NCBI GenBank assembly: GCA_963828495.1
Contig: CAWHFJ010000025.1
Coordinates: 1-58,131, forward strand
Direction of reading: 5' to 3'
Length of the DNA: 58,131 bases
DNA from: Candidatus Omnitrophota bacterium
Lineage (GTDB): Bacteria > Omnitrophota > Gorgyraeia > Zapsychrales > Fredricksoniimonadaceae
The notes below the pieces were generated by a model. It made no database searches, had not been told where the DNA came from, and saw nothing but the letters and a program-made list of their open reading frames with translations. Of the stretch, positions 38,504 to 52,830 are shown piece by piece. Each line of letters opens with the position of its first letter. Position 1 is the stretch's first letter. The position numbers and the translations under genes are program-made.

Positions 38504-38599
38504 AACTCATGTTGCCCCAGCAAGCAATAGGGAATATTCATAACCTAATTCACAGCAGCCGTTGAATTTAGTATTGTGTCCTTTCAATTTTTATGTATA

Positions 38600-39103
38600 A
38601 TGGCAGACATGCTTGCGTTTATTATGATTAGTTTTGGCATCCTTTCTCGCGTTATAGTTCATGCGCCTAATTTTACGCCGGTATTAAGTTTGGCTTTATT
38701 TGGGGGTATGTATCTGAAAGGCCGTCAGGCCGTAGGGGTGCCTTTGGCATTGATGGCCGTTAGTGATTTTATGATCGGTTTCCATCATGTGATGTTTTTT
38801 ACATGGGGGAGCATAGTGGCAATCAGTGTTTTGGGGCTGTGGCTAAAGAAAAGAAAAAATTTTGCAACGGTGTTAGGCACCAGCATTGTCTCAGCCGTGG
38901 TGTTTTTTATAGTGACTAATTTTGGCGCGTGGCTGACATCATATCCGCATACGATGGATGGCCTGAGGCAATGTTATATTTTAGCCATTCCGTTTTTCAG
39001 AGGCACATTTATTAGCACTATAGCGTATAGTGTGTTTTTTTGGGCTGTTTACGAATGGATATTAAAGCGCAGCCGGGGTACGGCTTTGGCGCGGTTGATC
39101 TAA
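38600..39103 (+). CDS. polytopic membrane protein, DUF6580-like putative transporter component
   Basis: Five or six TM segments. RVIVHAPNFTPVLSLALFGG resembles what I remember of DUF6580 (from memory). The start is uncertain (38600 or 38609). Confidence 0.5.
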   Translation: MADMLAFIMISFGILSRVIVHAPNFTPVLSLALFGGMYLKGRQAVGVPLALMAVSDFMIGFHHVMFFTWGSIVAISVLGLWLKKRKNFATVLGTSIVSAVVFFIVTNFGAWLTSYPHTMDGLRQCYILAIPFFRGTFISTIAYSVFFWAVYEWILKRSRGTALARLI

Positions 39104-39111
39104 AAAATACA

Positions 39112-39297
39112 TACTAGTTGGGGAAATCTCGTGTGAATCGAGAACAGTCCCGCTGCGGTGACCCCTTAAGGGGCAGTCCGAAGACCTAACGGTATTTACA
39201 AGCTGAATGCCTGCGAGAGAACAGGACAGGAAGCGCATATATTGAGAAGTGTTACGGGAACGCCCTCAATCGTCATTGGATGGTTGAGGGTTTTTTA
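39112..39297 (+). promoter_or_regulatory. cobalamin (B12) riboswitch with an intrinsic terminator expression platform
   Basis: Core GGGAAatctcGTGTGAATCgagaaCAGTCCCGCTGCGGTGA, then a B12-box-like CAGTCCGAAGACCTAAC. Terminator ccctcaa (39263-39269) pairs with ttgaggg (39284-39290), followed by T6. Confidence 0.7.
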
Positions 39298-39357
39298 TTT
39301 GGCCCCCGCCTGGGCTGATGGCCCAAGCGGCGGGGGGCTGTAAAGAGAGAGAGTGCC

Positions 39358-41080
39358 ATGAGAATTTTAGGTTTGATTTTTATATTATTTTTATCTTTGG
39401 TTAATGTGGCAGCGGCGCAGGAAGTTTTGGATTTGGACAAAATTGTTGTTGAGGCGTCCCGCAGCAATGATACTGTTGGTGCAATGAATAAAGATGTAAC
39501 CGTTATTACTTCTGAGGATATTGCCAATTCGCCGGCTAAGAGTTTGCCCGAGTTATTGAACGAAGTGCCTGGTGTTGACGCAAGAGTCAATAGCAGTATT
39601 AAGGATCAGCAGATTGATATGGGGCAGTTTGGGGAGTCGAGCATGTCTAATGTGGTGGTGTTAATTGACGGCCGGCGTTTGAATACGCCTGATCTGGCTG
39701 CTGCGGATTTGTCACTGATTGACGTAAATGCCATTGATCATATTGAAGTCATACAAGGGGCCGGTACCGTGCTTTATGGGGACAATGCCACCGGTGGGGT
39801 CATCAATATTATAACCAAGAAGGCCCAAGAAAATACCAAGCCGTCCATTACCTTGACCAGTGAAGTGGATGAGTTTAAGGGGAATAAAGAGGGCATGAGC
39901 TTAAGCGGCGGACTGCCTCAATTGACGTATCAAATTGATTATAACCGCCAACAAACGGACAATTATCGTACCCAAGATAATTATTGGGCCAATGATTACG
40001 GTACGCGTTTAAACTATAACCCTACGGATATCTTTGGTGTTGATTTTTCAGAAGGTTATCACTTGGACCGTTATCGCCTGCCGGGGGCCATCAGTCTTGA
40101 GGCAATCAACACCGCGGGGCCGACGGGTGTGGACCCATCAAGTACCGATTATGGGACGACATCGGATTCTCATTTTGATGTTACCCCGCATATGAAATTT
40201 GACATAGGCGCCAGCCATGTGGATCTTTCATTATTTACCTCTGCCCGTAAGAGTGATACTAATTTCGTTTCAAGTTTTGAGTCAACAAACTATGAATTGG
40301 AATCCTATGAATTTCAACCTAAGCTCATCGTATCAACTCCTTTAACAGATCGTTTGAGCAATAAATTAACCTCAGGGTACGACTATATTTATTATACGGA
40401 AAAACGACGCATCGATCCTGACGGTGAACCTGAGGATATTGTTCATGCCAGCGAGGCTTCACAGGGGGTTTATGTGTTAGATGAGGCAACCCTGGATGAT
40501 CGTTGGCTGCTGAATGCCGGGGCCAGGGGGTCGTGGGCAGACTACGTTTTTGATCAAACACAACAAGCAGCTGCAAAATTTGATCGTTCCCCTACAAATG
40601 AAGGCTATGAGGGAGGTTTAGGGTACAAGTATAATCCTGATTCAAAAGTATTTGTGGATTATACCCGTTCCTATCGCTTGCCCAAACTCGATGAATTTTT
40701 TGAAAACCCTTATTGCATTTATGGGTTTTGTGTACCGGGAGGGTTAAATTCCGGATTAACCCCGCAGGTGGGCAATCAGTACCAATTAGGTATTAAGGAC
40801 AAAAGCTTTAAAGGCATTCATTTAGGTTCCAGCTTTACAGAGGTCCAATATAGGAATGAGATTTACGATGATCCTGCAACATTCTCTAATGCTAATTACG
40901 ACGGTAAAACGAGGCATTATAGCGAAGAAGCAGATCTTGCCGTGGCACTGTTTAATAATAAGATTGAGCCGTTTGCCAACATCACCTTCCAACAAACGGA
41001 ATTTATTAAGGGACAATATGCGGGCAATCAAATCCCGGATGTCCCTGACCATCTGGCCCACGCGGGCATAACTTATCGGC
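39358..41080 (+). CDS. TonB-dependent receptor (BtuB-like), 3'-truncated at the block junction
   Basis: Signal peptide, TonB box DKIVVEASR, plug (LLNEVPGVD...VLIDGRRLN...IEVIQGAGTVLYGDNATGGVINIITKK) and barrel. The C-terminal strands and terminal aromatic residue are missing. Confidence 0.85.
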
Positions 41081-41099
41081 CGCTGGAGCGGTTAAGCAC

Positions 41100-42090
41100 G
41101 ACTATTCCTGCGGCGACACACGTCGGAAGCAGATCGAGTTGAACGACCGGCTTTTCGTACAACTTGCCGGCCGGCAGCTTTCCCTTCCATTGGACCATGA
41201 ACGGCACTCGCATGCCGCCTTCCCAGGTCGTGTACTTGAAGCCGCGGAGCGGGCCATTCCCTTCCGGATGGCCGCCGGTGTCCCGTTATCGCTGACGAAG
41301 AACACAAGTGTGTTCTCCTCGTGCCCGGTCCGGCCGCATGGCTTCGAGGACTCGTCCCACGCCATCATCGAGCGCCGAAAGCATGGCGTTCAACACGCGC
41401 TGTTTGCGGTCGGTGACGTGCTTGAACCGCTCCAAATACTTGTCCGATGCTTCATGTGGTCCGTGGATGGCATTGAACGGTAGATACAAGAACCACGGGT
41501 TGTCCTTGTGCCGGGTGATCCAATCACTGGCCCGCGGCAAAGGCATCCGTTGTGTAAAAGTTCGGGTCCTCGATCGGCTGAACGTCGGCCGAGACCCGCG
41601 AGTCGATGAACCCGCCTGGTTCGAAATACGAGCCCGGATTGCCGGTCACTCCGTAGTAGTCGTCGAAACCACGCGACATTGGCAAGCGACCATCGATTTT
41701 ACCAAGATGCCATTTGCCAACCGCGGCGGTGCTGTAGCCGAGCGTTTTCATCCGATCGGCAAAGGTTTTTTCCGTGAGCGGCAGTCCGCCGCCGGCCAGC
41801 GAATTGTTTTCATGGCCATACCGCGTCGGATAGCGGCCGGTCATCATTCCGGCCCTCGACGGTGAGCAGAGCGGGGCCGAGACATAACCGGCCGTGAAAC
41901 GAATGCCGCTGGCGGCAATCGAATCGATGTTCGGAGTTGGCACTTGCTTGCCGCCATAGCAGCCCAATTCGCCATACCCCAGATCATCCGCCAGGATCAC
42001 GAGGATATTCGGCAATCGATCCGCCGCCGCCGGGCGAGCCGCCATTGAAAAGCTGGCCAACACGATGAGGGTCAAAAGACATGCTTTCAC
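41100..42090 (-). CDS. arylsulfatase-family sulfatase, 3'-truncated at the junction and frameshifted at least 3 times as read
   Basis: Signal peptide, NILVILADDLGYGELGCYGG, formylglycine motif CSPSRAGMMTGRYP, GKWHLG. Later segments (NPWFLYLPFNAIHGP, TLVFFVSDNG, GHPEGNGPLRGFKYTTWEGGMRVPFMVQWKGKLPAG...QLDLLPTCVAAGI) are in other frames. Confidence 0.85.
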
Positions 42091-42286
42091 GATTGCTTGC
42101 TCCTGGCAAGGCCTGGATTGCAGTGGGCGGCGATGAAACGACCGCCCAATAGACGCTTGAGCGAGGCAGATTATTTGCCTTGCCTGGTAGTCGCAAGGTG
42201 CCTTCCCATAACGACAGGCTGTATGCTTGATCGGAAAAGGCCCGGCAAGCTGTTCGCGGCCATTGCTGCCACGCTACAATTCGACC

Positions 42287-42703
42287 ATGAAATCCAAGAC
42301 CGAATACCTGACGTTTAACCTGCCGGCCCGCATGGCCTTCCTGAACATCACGCAGGAAGTGGCACGGATCGTTCGCGAAAGCGGCGTCCAGGAGGGCCTG
42401 GTGCTGTGCAACGCGATGCACATCACGGCCTCGGTGTTTATCAATGACGACGAGCGGGTTGCACGAGGACTATAAGAAGTGGCTCGAGCAACTGGCTCCG
42501 TTCGATGCGTCGCCCAGCCGCTATCAACACAATCGCACCGGCGAAGACAACGCGGACGCGCACATGAAGCGGCAAGTCATGGGCCGCGAGGTCGTCGTGG
42601 CCATCACGGCCGGCAAGCTCGATTCGGACCGTGGGAGCAAATCTTTTACGGCGAGTTCGACGGCCGGCGGCCAAAGCGCGTGCTGGTCAAAGTGATTGGA
42701 GAG
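42287..42703 (+). CDS. yjbQ: YjbQ/UPF0047 family protein (secondary thiamine-phosphate synthase), frameshifted at least 2 times as read
   Basis: [18 protein letters not shown]...[20 protein letters not shown] / [15 protein letters not shown]...[28 protein letters not shown] / [24 protein letters not shown]. No stop is found in the last frame. Confidence 0.75.
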
Positions 42704-43141
42704 TCAGCGCATTTGCGTCAGGCCTCGATCCGCGGAGCGTTACGGTCCCAATCAGGGACCGTGGCCATCGTTACGCTCGTGGCAGGCTGTGCTTTTCCGA
42801 CTGCCTCATGCTAGCACCTCCGCTAAACCCCGCCGCAGATGACGAATTGGCCGCCGATCGACCAATTCGCCCAATCAAGCCGGTCTAAACTGGGAAGTCT
42901 GGCTGAGTTGTGCGCTTTGTTCCAAAAAGCGTGAAATGCCGGTTACGCCGAGTCGATGAGTTTTTCTGAGCAAACCGTTTATTCCCAAAAGTGTTGTTAT
43001 ACGGAACGATCGGGAAATGCTCACCTGGCCGCGGCAACCCGCTTGCCGCCGCGCTTAGAGGCGGAACGAAACCCAGCAGCCAACGACAAAGACCCAGCGG
43101 CGGCGAAAAACGCTGGCCGAGCACGAGCATCGACGGAAAAA

Positions 43142-44692
43142 GTGTTTCCCTTATCGGCACGGTTTGTTCCCAACTCCGTTCGCCGCCTGGCTTGGAGTTT
43201 GACCCTGGCGATTGGCGGCGTGGCTACGGCGGACGATGGCCTGGCCGACAAACTGATCGCTCCGCCGCTTCCGCCGGCCCCGTCGAGCGCAGCCAACGCT
43301 CCAGAAGAAGTCGAGGCCGAAAACACGGAAGTCATTAGGAACGCTATCCGAACCGCAACGTCAAGGTGGAACGCCACGTCGCCCAAGATGCGGACGGCAA
43401 TTATGCCAACCATGGCACCTGGTCCATTGTGGGATTAAGAACGGCCGGCGCATGTGCCGCGGCCAGTATCAGAACGGAGCTCGTGAAGGGAAGTGGGTCC
43501 GGTTCTTCAAAGCCGGTGAGGCCGAAGTCGTATCCGGCCCGCTCGGCAAAAGCTTCAGTGCCCCGTTCACCTCGGCCGTCACGTTCTTGCATGGCGAACT
43601 CAACGGCACGTGGACGATCGTTGATTGCGCGAGCGGCCGGTCATTTCCTGGCAAATGGAAGACGGTCAACGTCACGGCAAGAGCATCTGGTGGTTCCCCA
43701 ATGGCCAGAAATGGCGCGAGATGGACTATGTGCACGGCGAACTCGACGGCTTCCTCGTCGAATGGGACGCCAACGGCAAGCTCGTTGCCAAAGAACAGTA
43801 CGTCGAAGGCCATCGCTGCGGCGTGCAAATCGAATGGTATTCACCAGGCGTGAAGAAGGTTGAAGCCCAGTACATCTTCGCCCGCGACATCGCGCAAATT
43901 AACGACGACTGGTTCAAAGGGACCAGCCACGTCCGAGTCCTCGGCAAGGAGGGCAAAGACGAGCGGCACGGTCACTGGACGACCTATTACAGCAACGGCC
44001 AGAAGGCGATGCAGGGTGAATACCGTTTCGACAAGCCGTCGGGCGTGTTTATCTGGTGGCATCCCAACGGCCAGAAGGCCATCGTCGGCGAATACACGGA
44101 CGGAAAGCAAACCGGCCATTGGGCCTGGTGGCATGCCAACGGCCAGAAACACATCCGCGGCAACTACGAAAGTGGACGCCAGGCCGGCGCATGGACCTGG
44201 TGGACCGAAGACGGCAAGGTCGCCGAAGCCGCCTCCTTCAATGAGGAGGGGGGCCGAGTCCGGCGCGTCGATCGGCCGTTGGAAGCGGTCGAGCAGCCGC
44301 CGGAGTTGCAAAACCCGGCGGATGCCCAGCCTTCGGCGAATGAATCGGCACAAGCCAAGGCGTCATCGGCCGCTGAACCGGCGACGGTAACCCCGATGCC
44401 GGCCGCGACGTTGCCAGCGGAGCCAGCCGCAACGGTTTCGGCTCCTACGAACCCGACGCCAGTTGACAGTCTGCCAGAGCTGACGCAACCGCCAGCCGTG
44501 GTTGAGCCGAGCAATGGGACGGAAGCCGCCAAGCCGAACAGCCCTGCGACCGTGGAAAAGGACGAAGCGGCCGCGCCACCTGCTCCTCGCCGCGCCGCAC
44601 GCTTGGCACCTCCGCGAAGGGCTAGGCGCATCGCGGACCTTGACTGCCTTAGCTCAAGGTCCGCGCCCAATAACATCCACCGCCACGCTTAA
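43142..44692 (+). CDS. secreted MORN-variant (YwqK-type) repeat protein with a Pro/Ala-rich tail, frameshifted at least 4 times as read
   Basis: Repeats of the form G-x-W-x-WW-x-NGQK-x-x-x-G-x-Y-x-x-G (YSNGQKAMQGEYRFDKPSGVFIWWHPNGQKAIVGEYTDGKQTGHWAWWHANGQKHIRGNYESGRQAGAWTWW). The start (GTG 43142) is uncertain. Confidence 0.65.
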
Positions 44693-44996
44693 TACCGCGG
44701 ACGACCGATCTCAACCGTCCACTTCTTCGAATTCGAAGAGCGGGTCGCCTGCACGGACGCTGCATTCAGGGCGGAACTCAGCTCATCGGCCCGCTTCACC
44801 CGCGTCCCAGCGTCGTTAGGAGCGCGCGGGATCTTCCGCGCATCTCCACGCGCCCGGCTTCAGTACCTATATTGAATCGGGCGCACGCCGAACGCCACAG
44901 CGGAACCAGGCGAGGCCTCCAGGCGAACCTTGCTGGTCGCGCCGTGTCAGTGGATTTCATGGGACCTGGACCGCTGCCTTGTTGGTGATTCGTGTC

Positions 44997-46393
<1,397 letters not shown>

Positions 46394-46418
46394 GCCGACC
46401 AGTCTTGCGATGGCCTGC

Positions 46419-48297
46419 TCAATCGAAGCGGTGATGTTCAAACTGACATAGCTGGCGTTCCAGCGTTTCGCGTGCGCTGTAATTGGCTTTGATCCAGTCT
46501 CGCGACTCCTTGCCGAGCATTTGTAGCCGTGCGGGCGAGCTGAACGCCCGGCGGAGCTGGACGACAATGTCCGCCTCGCTATAGGCATTGATTATCGGAG
46601 GGACCGACGGAAAGCGGCCTCGGATGGCGGCCTCGTCCAGATAGGTGCAAACCGGCGCTGTGGCGGCCATCGCTTTGAGCATGATGCCGCCAAACGCGCC
46701 GAGATGGAATTGATCTGCGACCACGTCGCAGGCCTGGGCCGTTCGTTCAAATTGAACCATGCCCATGGTTTCGACCCACTTGACGTCACTCGCGACTCTC
46801 AGCTCCTCGAGCAAGGCCAGACTCTCGGGGACATTGCTTCCCCAACGGCAACAAACCATGCCGATTCGCATACCTTCACCGCGCAGGCGAGCGAAAGGTG
46901 CGCAACAGCTTGTCGTTGCCTTTATCGGCATAGCCGGTGCCAGGAACCCAGTCGTGACGCGTCGGAAAGAAAGATCAGAAAATCGGCATCGAGCTCGCGA
47001 ACCAGTTGAGTTCGCCGTTGATTGATTCCGGTCACGGCCAACGAATGGTCGTCGTCGAATGGATGATTGAGGAACGTGACCCGATCGGCGGCCAATCGGC
47101 GGCCATTTTCGTAGCAGTCGGAGTTCGTGACAAAAACATGTTCGGCCATGTGGTAGGCCAGTGCGGTGAGCCGGCCCGTCGGGTCGTCCTCAAACGGGAT
47201 TTGCGCACAGCGTGCCGTGCTCGAGCGCAAATAGGGGCAATCGGCCAACAGCGGTAAGATCGGGTCCGTCGAGTAGCCCAACAACAGATCGTAGTGGCTG
47301 AACAGTTCTTTCCAATGCGGCATCGCCCAGCGGTAGAATTCCATGTCCTGCCGCGTCAATTGATCGCGACGGCCAGGAAAAGCGGCGGCAAAGGCCTCGA
47401 TCAGCACGTCCATGCGTCGGTCGAAGCTGTATTGTTCGGCAACCCGGGGTGTGATTGCCGTTGCAGCTTGTTGATGCGTCCCATGGGCCGGCGTGAGCAG
47501 CCGGACTGCGGCGCTGCGAAACCGTCTCAGGCAGGTATGAATCGCTTCCGTGAAAAGAATGCATTGCAGCTTCACCAGCTTGGCCACTTGCCGCAGTCTG
47601 GGGTGACGATAGACGAGTGTGACCGCGACCCGAGGCGCAGCCCAGCAACAGCCACCAGCCGCCAGCCTGCCAGCGGCGCGGACTGTGGCGAGCGGCCAGG
47701 TATCTCCAGCACAACCGCGCGGCCCTTGGGCAAACCAGCCCGCGGCCGCCGAAAGCCTCTCAGTCGAACGCGCTCCCAAGCTGGATAAAAGTCGTCGCGA
47801 ACGTCGCCTTCGAAGTCCGCGTCTTCCCACTCGGGACAGCCCATGATGTGGTAATAGTTGTGGCAAATAACATCACTGTCGAGGCCGACCTCATTGAGCA
47901 GCTTGGCATTGTTGTAAGCGTTGTTGGCAATGTTCCCGATGTGCAACAGGCGTGGAGCGCGACCATGGCGTCGGCGAAACTCATCCAGCCAGGCAATGCA
48001 TTCAGGCGCGACCCGGCCAGTGGACGGATCTGGCAGCGGAGGGGAATCGTGGCGAAGTGATCGCCGCGACTTCCGGAGAACGGAACAAACTATTGCAGCC
48101 AGGTTGCTTAAGGTGAAGCCGATTAATGGCCGGTCCACGCGGAAGATCGTCTGGCTGTCGTTGTCACCGGCGAACGAGGACATCTGGCGACGGCCTGCCG
48201 GCAGCTTCCAATGCCCCAACCGCCGGAAAACCCTTGAGCTTAAGCGCTCAACGAAGAACCGCACTCCCGGCTTCCTGCCTGGGGTCTGTGGTGTCAT
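46419..48297 (-). CDS. large glycosyltransferase-like protein (GT-B C-terminal half), frameshifted at least 2 times as read
   Basis: N-terminal LLHIGNIANNAYNNAKLLNEVGLDSDVI. C-terminal FGGIMLKAMAATAPV resembles the GT4 E-x7-E region, but both Glu positions are replaced (G and K). Confidence 0.45.
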
Positions 48298-48401
48298 GAA
48301 TGATTCCGCCGCCTGGCTCCGATTCCGATTACAGACTTTGTGGCTACAGCTTAGCCGATCTTACGGCCCGGCAACAACGCACCGGTCGGCAATGAACCCG
48401 C

Positions 48402-48830
48402 TCAAGGAATTGCTAGCCCCTTTCGTCCTTCAAATCCGAAGGCTTGCGCGAGCTTGGAATCAATCGCCAGTCTGTCTCGGAGCATGGAGAGGCGATTTTG
48501 TCGGCGGTATGTCCCGGTCCAACCAATGGCGGAGTCGAGCATAGAACTGGCCTGAAGTTTCGCCTTCCATGCCTGGCACTCGCCGAGAAGTTTCGTTCGG
48601 CGCTGCAACTCAGCGGCTCCGGGAGGAGTTTGTTCAAGCTGGCGGACGAACGCCAGTAACTCCGTCAGCTTGCCGTCATTAAGCTCTTCTACAAGGAGTG
48701 CCTCTTGCCGGCTTTGGTACTGCAGGGTTATCTCGTGGTCCTCACGATTCGCTTTTCGGCTGGCATCCATCCTGAATCTCCATTTTCCATCGCGTTTGGA
48801 TTCACTACAAACATGATAGCAGTTCGGCAC
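48402..48830 (-). CDS. hypothetical protein
   Basis: 142-aa ORF with coding-like composition and no motif. Confidence 0.3.
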   Translation of the reverse strand: MPNCYHVCSESKRDGKWRFRMDASRKANREDHEITLQYQSRQEALLVEELNDGKLTELLAFVRQLEQTPPGAAELQRRTKLLGECQAWKAKLQASSMLDSAIGWTGTYRRQNRLSMLRDRLAIDSKLAQAFGFEGRKGLAIP

Positions 48831-49033
48831 GATGCTGATGGCAAAAGCCGAGGCTTGCGGACATGATTTGTTGCGATTTTCGCGCCATGTTGCTCATATT
48901 ATACGCGGCTTTCCAGGCCGCAGTGGACAGCGTTGGCCTCGACTCGCGTCAGTTACCGGTTGTCGGACGGCGTACATTCGGCCTGGTGTGAAAGCCGGCT
49001 CGTTGGAAATCTTTTCAAGAAAGGTCGGCTGCC

Positions 49034-49617
49034 ATGCGATTCATGAAATCGGCATCGCCTCAGGTTCTTTTGGTTTGCGGCATGGTCCTGGCAACCTTCA
49101 GCGCAATCGGGATCGGACAGAGCAAGTTGACCGCGGCAGAACCGGCCGACAAGATTGGGCAGCTTTTCAAGGCGGACGACTTCTGGTCGCGAACCGGAGC
49201 CAGCCCGATCCACGATTCGATCACGCCCAGGGACAACGATTCCGTCCGGCAATTGGCCGGAAATGCAGAGCATTCCGCCGTGCGTATTCGAGCCTTCAAG
49301 GTGTTGGCCGATCTTTACGGACGGACTCAGTACGCAAGCGATGTTCCGCGCGAGCAGAGGTTAGAGGCGGTCGAAGGTTGCTTTTTATATTTGGAACAGC
49401 ACTTGACGCCCCCGTGGTATCGAAGTTTCGGCCAGAATTAGGATTCACCCACGTTAGTCTCTCGAAGCGGTCAGACGATCGGGATGGACTGTGGGTGCTG
49501 ATCGAGGCCACCGATGGCGTCTTGCCAAGCGGCGGCTTGAACATCCGCTGGGATCTGACCTCGAAGGCGGTCGATCGAATCGACCATTGGGGAGCCAACC
49601 GTAATCCCCTGCCGTAG
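49034..49617 (+). CDS. secreted hypothetical protein, probably one frameshift near 49435
   Basis: Signal peptide MRFMKSASPQVLLVCGMVLATFSAIGIG. The reading continues in another frame (LGFTHVSL...DRIDHWGANRNPLP*). Confidence 0.35.
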
Positions 49618-49883
49618 GCACCGGCTATGCTTCTCCGGCTAGGAAGCCAGATCAACATCCTGGCTTTGGCGGTCCGGCGAGTGACGCCAACCCACCTATT
49701 TTAACAGGCGGATGCGCTCGGTTGCATGGTTGTGGGCGATCGCAAAAAAATCGCGAGATTTTCTGCCGTTACCTGTCGCCGACCCGAAACGGCTCGCGTT
49801 TAAGAGGGCAGGAACATCTCATCCCTCGAAACTTGCCGATTCCGGCAGTTTGTGGGCCTTGTCCTTGAGAAGGGTAGCCACAC

Positions 49884-51105
<1,222 letters not shown>

Positions 51106-51174
51106 CTTGTTTTCCAAGTCGACGAGGCCGTAGCCTTTAAAGTCATCCATGACTGTCGCATCGCAATGAGCAGT

Positions 51175-51220
51175 CCGCGTCTCGGTGGCCAGTCGGTTAC
51201 CGAGACGCGGCTGTTTTTCT
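51175..51220 (+). terminator. rho-independent terminator after the repeat-protein gene
   Basis: 12-bp perfect stem: ccgcgtctcggt (51175-51186) pairs with accgagacgcgg (51199-51210), followed by ctgttttt. Confidence 0.7.
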
Positions 51221-51356
51221 GCCTGGTGTGGCGGCGTGGCCGCTTTCGAGCAATTGCCCGCGGCGAGCCGAGCAACGAAGCGTCACTCAGACGCTCGACG
51301 GCTCCGTGCCGGGTGGCCACAATACGCGAGCTTGCACTTGGAACAAAGGAGTCCAC

Positions 51357-52158
51357 TTGAATCCAGCTTCGTGTGTCATCTTAGTGCCCGATGCCGGATC
51401 GATTTCGCCGGAATTCGCCCAGGGCCTGCAAGTGCTCGAAGGGCGTGGCTACGCCGTGCGCCTTGACGGATGCGCAACCGATCGAAGTCGTTCCGGCCCG
51501 CCATGGCGCGATACGTGTTGGCGGCGGGGTTTGATGAGTTGATGTGGATTGACGGCGACATCTCGTTCCAGGCCGACGATGTGGAAAAGCTACGTCGACA
51601 CGAGCAGCCACTCGTCTGTGGCATTTATCCGAAGGTGCGAAGCCGCGAATTGGCCTGTGCCTTTCTGCCTGGGACGGAAAAGATCCAGTTTGGCGAGATT
51701 GGCGGCCTGGCTGGAGATTTTGTGTGGCGCGTTTGGTTTCATGTTAACTCGCCGCGTTGTCTTCGAAGAGATCCAGCGGCAGTTATCATTGCCCGAGTGC
51801 AATCAGCGATTTTGGCACCGCTATGGTGCCGTGGTTCATGCCATTGTTGGCTGAAGATGCCGCGGCCGGACCTTGGTACCTGGCGGACGATTTCGCATTC
51901 TGCGAGCGTGTGCGGCGCTGCCAGTTCAGAGATCAACTGGCAGATAGCAGCGTCCGACTGTGGTGCATGGGCCGCGCTATCTTTTGGCTGGAAGACGCCG
52001 GCAGCGACAAGCAGGAATATGCCAGTTACATCTTCCATTTGCCGGCAGCGACGGCCGGACCGCAAGCTGTGGAGCTGCTGATGCCGATGCAACAACCCAC
52101 ACAACCCAGTGAGCGTAGCGTGGCCGAGCAGCAATCCGCCTCGCGGCGCGTTGCATGA
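51357..52158 (+). CDS. GT-A-type (family 2-like) glycosyltransferase, frameshifted at least 3 times as read
   Basis: TTG at 51357 after aaggag. CVILVPDAGSISPEFAQGLQVLEGRGYAV, ELMWIDGDISFQADDVEKL, GGL.EILCGAFGFMLTRRVVFEEI, PWYLADDFAFCERVR. Confidence 0.55.
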
Positions 52159-52169
52159 GCCGCCACGGC

Positions 52170-52615
52170 CGCTGCGGGACGATTTCCCACGTTTTCGGGC
52201 TTATGTTGTGAGCTATGCGGCGGACAATCACGAAGCCCTTGCAGGAAACCTTGAAGTCGTATTGCGAAAGCGATTGGGGCGAAGAGCCGCGGGTGTTTAT
52301 GCAACCGGACGATTGGCCGCTAGGCACCCAATCGGCGGCTAATAATTACAAGCGCGGCTTGAAGCGGCCATCGAAGATGATTGCGACTTTGCAGTCATCT
52401 CGGAGGACGATGTCCGCGTCAATCGCCACTTGCGGCGTAACCTGGGGGCGATCCCGCTGTTGAACCGCGATCAATGCGACTATTTCAGTCTGTTCATGCC
52501 GGACCTGATTGCCTCGCCCTGGGAACGGCAAGAACCGCATCTGGGATATCGCCTGGCGAAACCGTTGTACAGCGGTCCCAATCACATGTGGGAAAAACAT
52601 CGGATTTGGCAGTGA
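52170..52615 (+). CDS. hypothetical protein fragments (possible small glycosyltransferase, GT25-like?), frameshifted
   Basis: FPRFRAYVVSYAADNHEAL..., then ...DFAVISEDDVRVNRHLRRNLGAIPLLNRDQCDYFSLFMPDL.... The resemblance is weak. Confidence 0.25.
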
Positions 52616-52830
52616 ACAACCTACGTCTTGTCGCGCCGCTTCATTTTGCAGCGCCGAGCGCCGGGATCGCCTGGCTGAATCGCAGGACACGAGGGTCGTC
52701 TCGGTCTGCTCGGAGCTCCGTTTACCAATGTGGTATTCGGCTCCCTGTCTGATGCAGCATGCCCCGTTGCGTTCGGCGTTTAGCACCCCGGCGGCATACG
52801 CCCCCGACTTCGACAGCGACTTTATCTTCG

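Noticed and set aside
42097-42125. TGGCAAGGCCTGGATTGCA upstream of yjbQ as a sigma-54 promoter
   Set aside because: The GG-to-GC spacing is about 15 nt rather than the required 10-11 nt.
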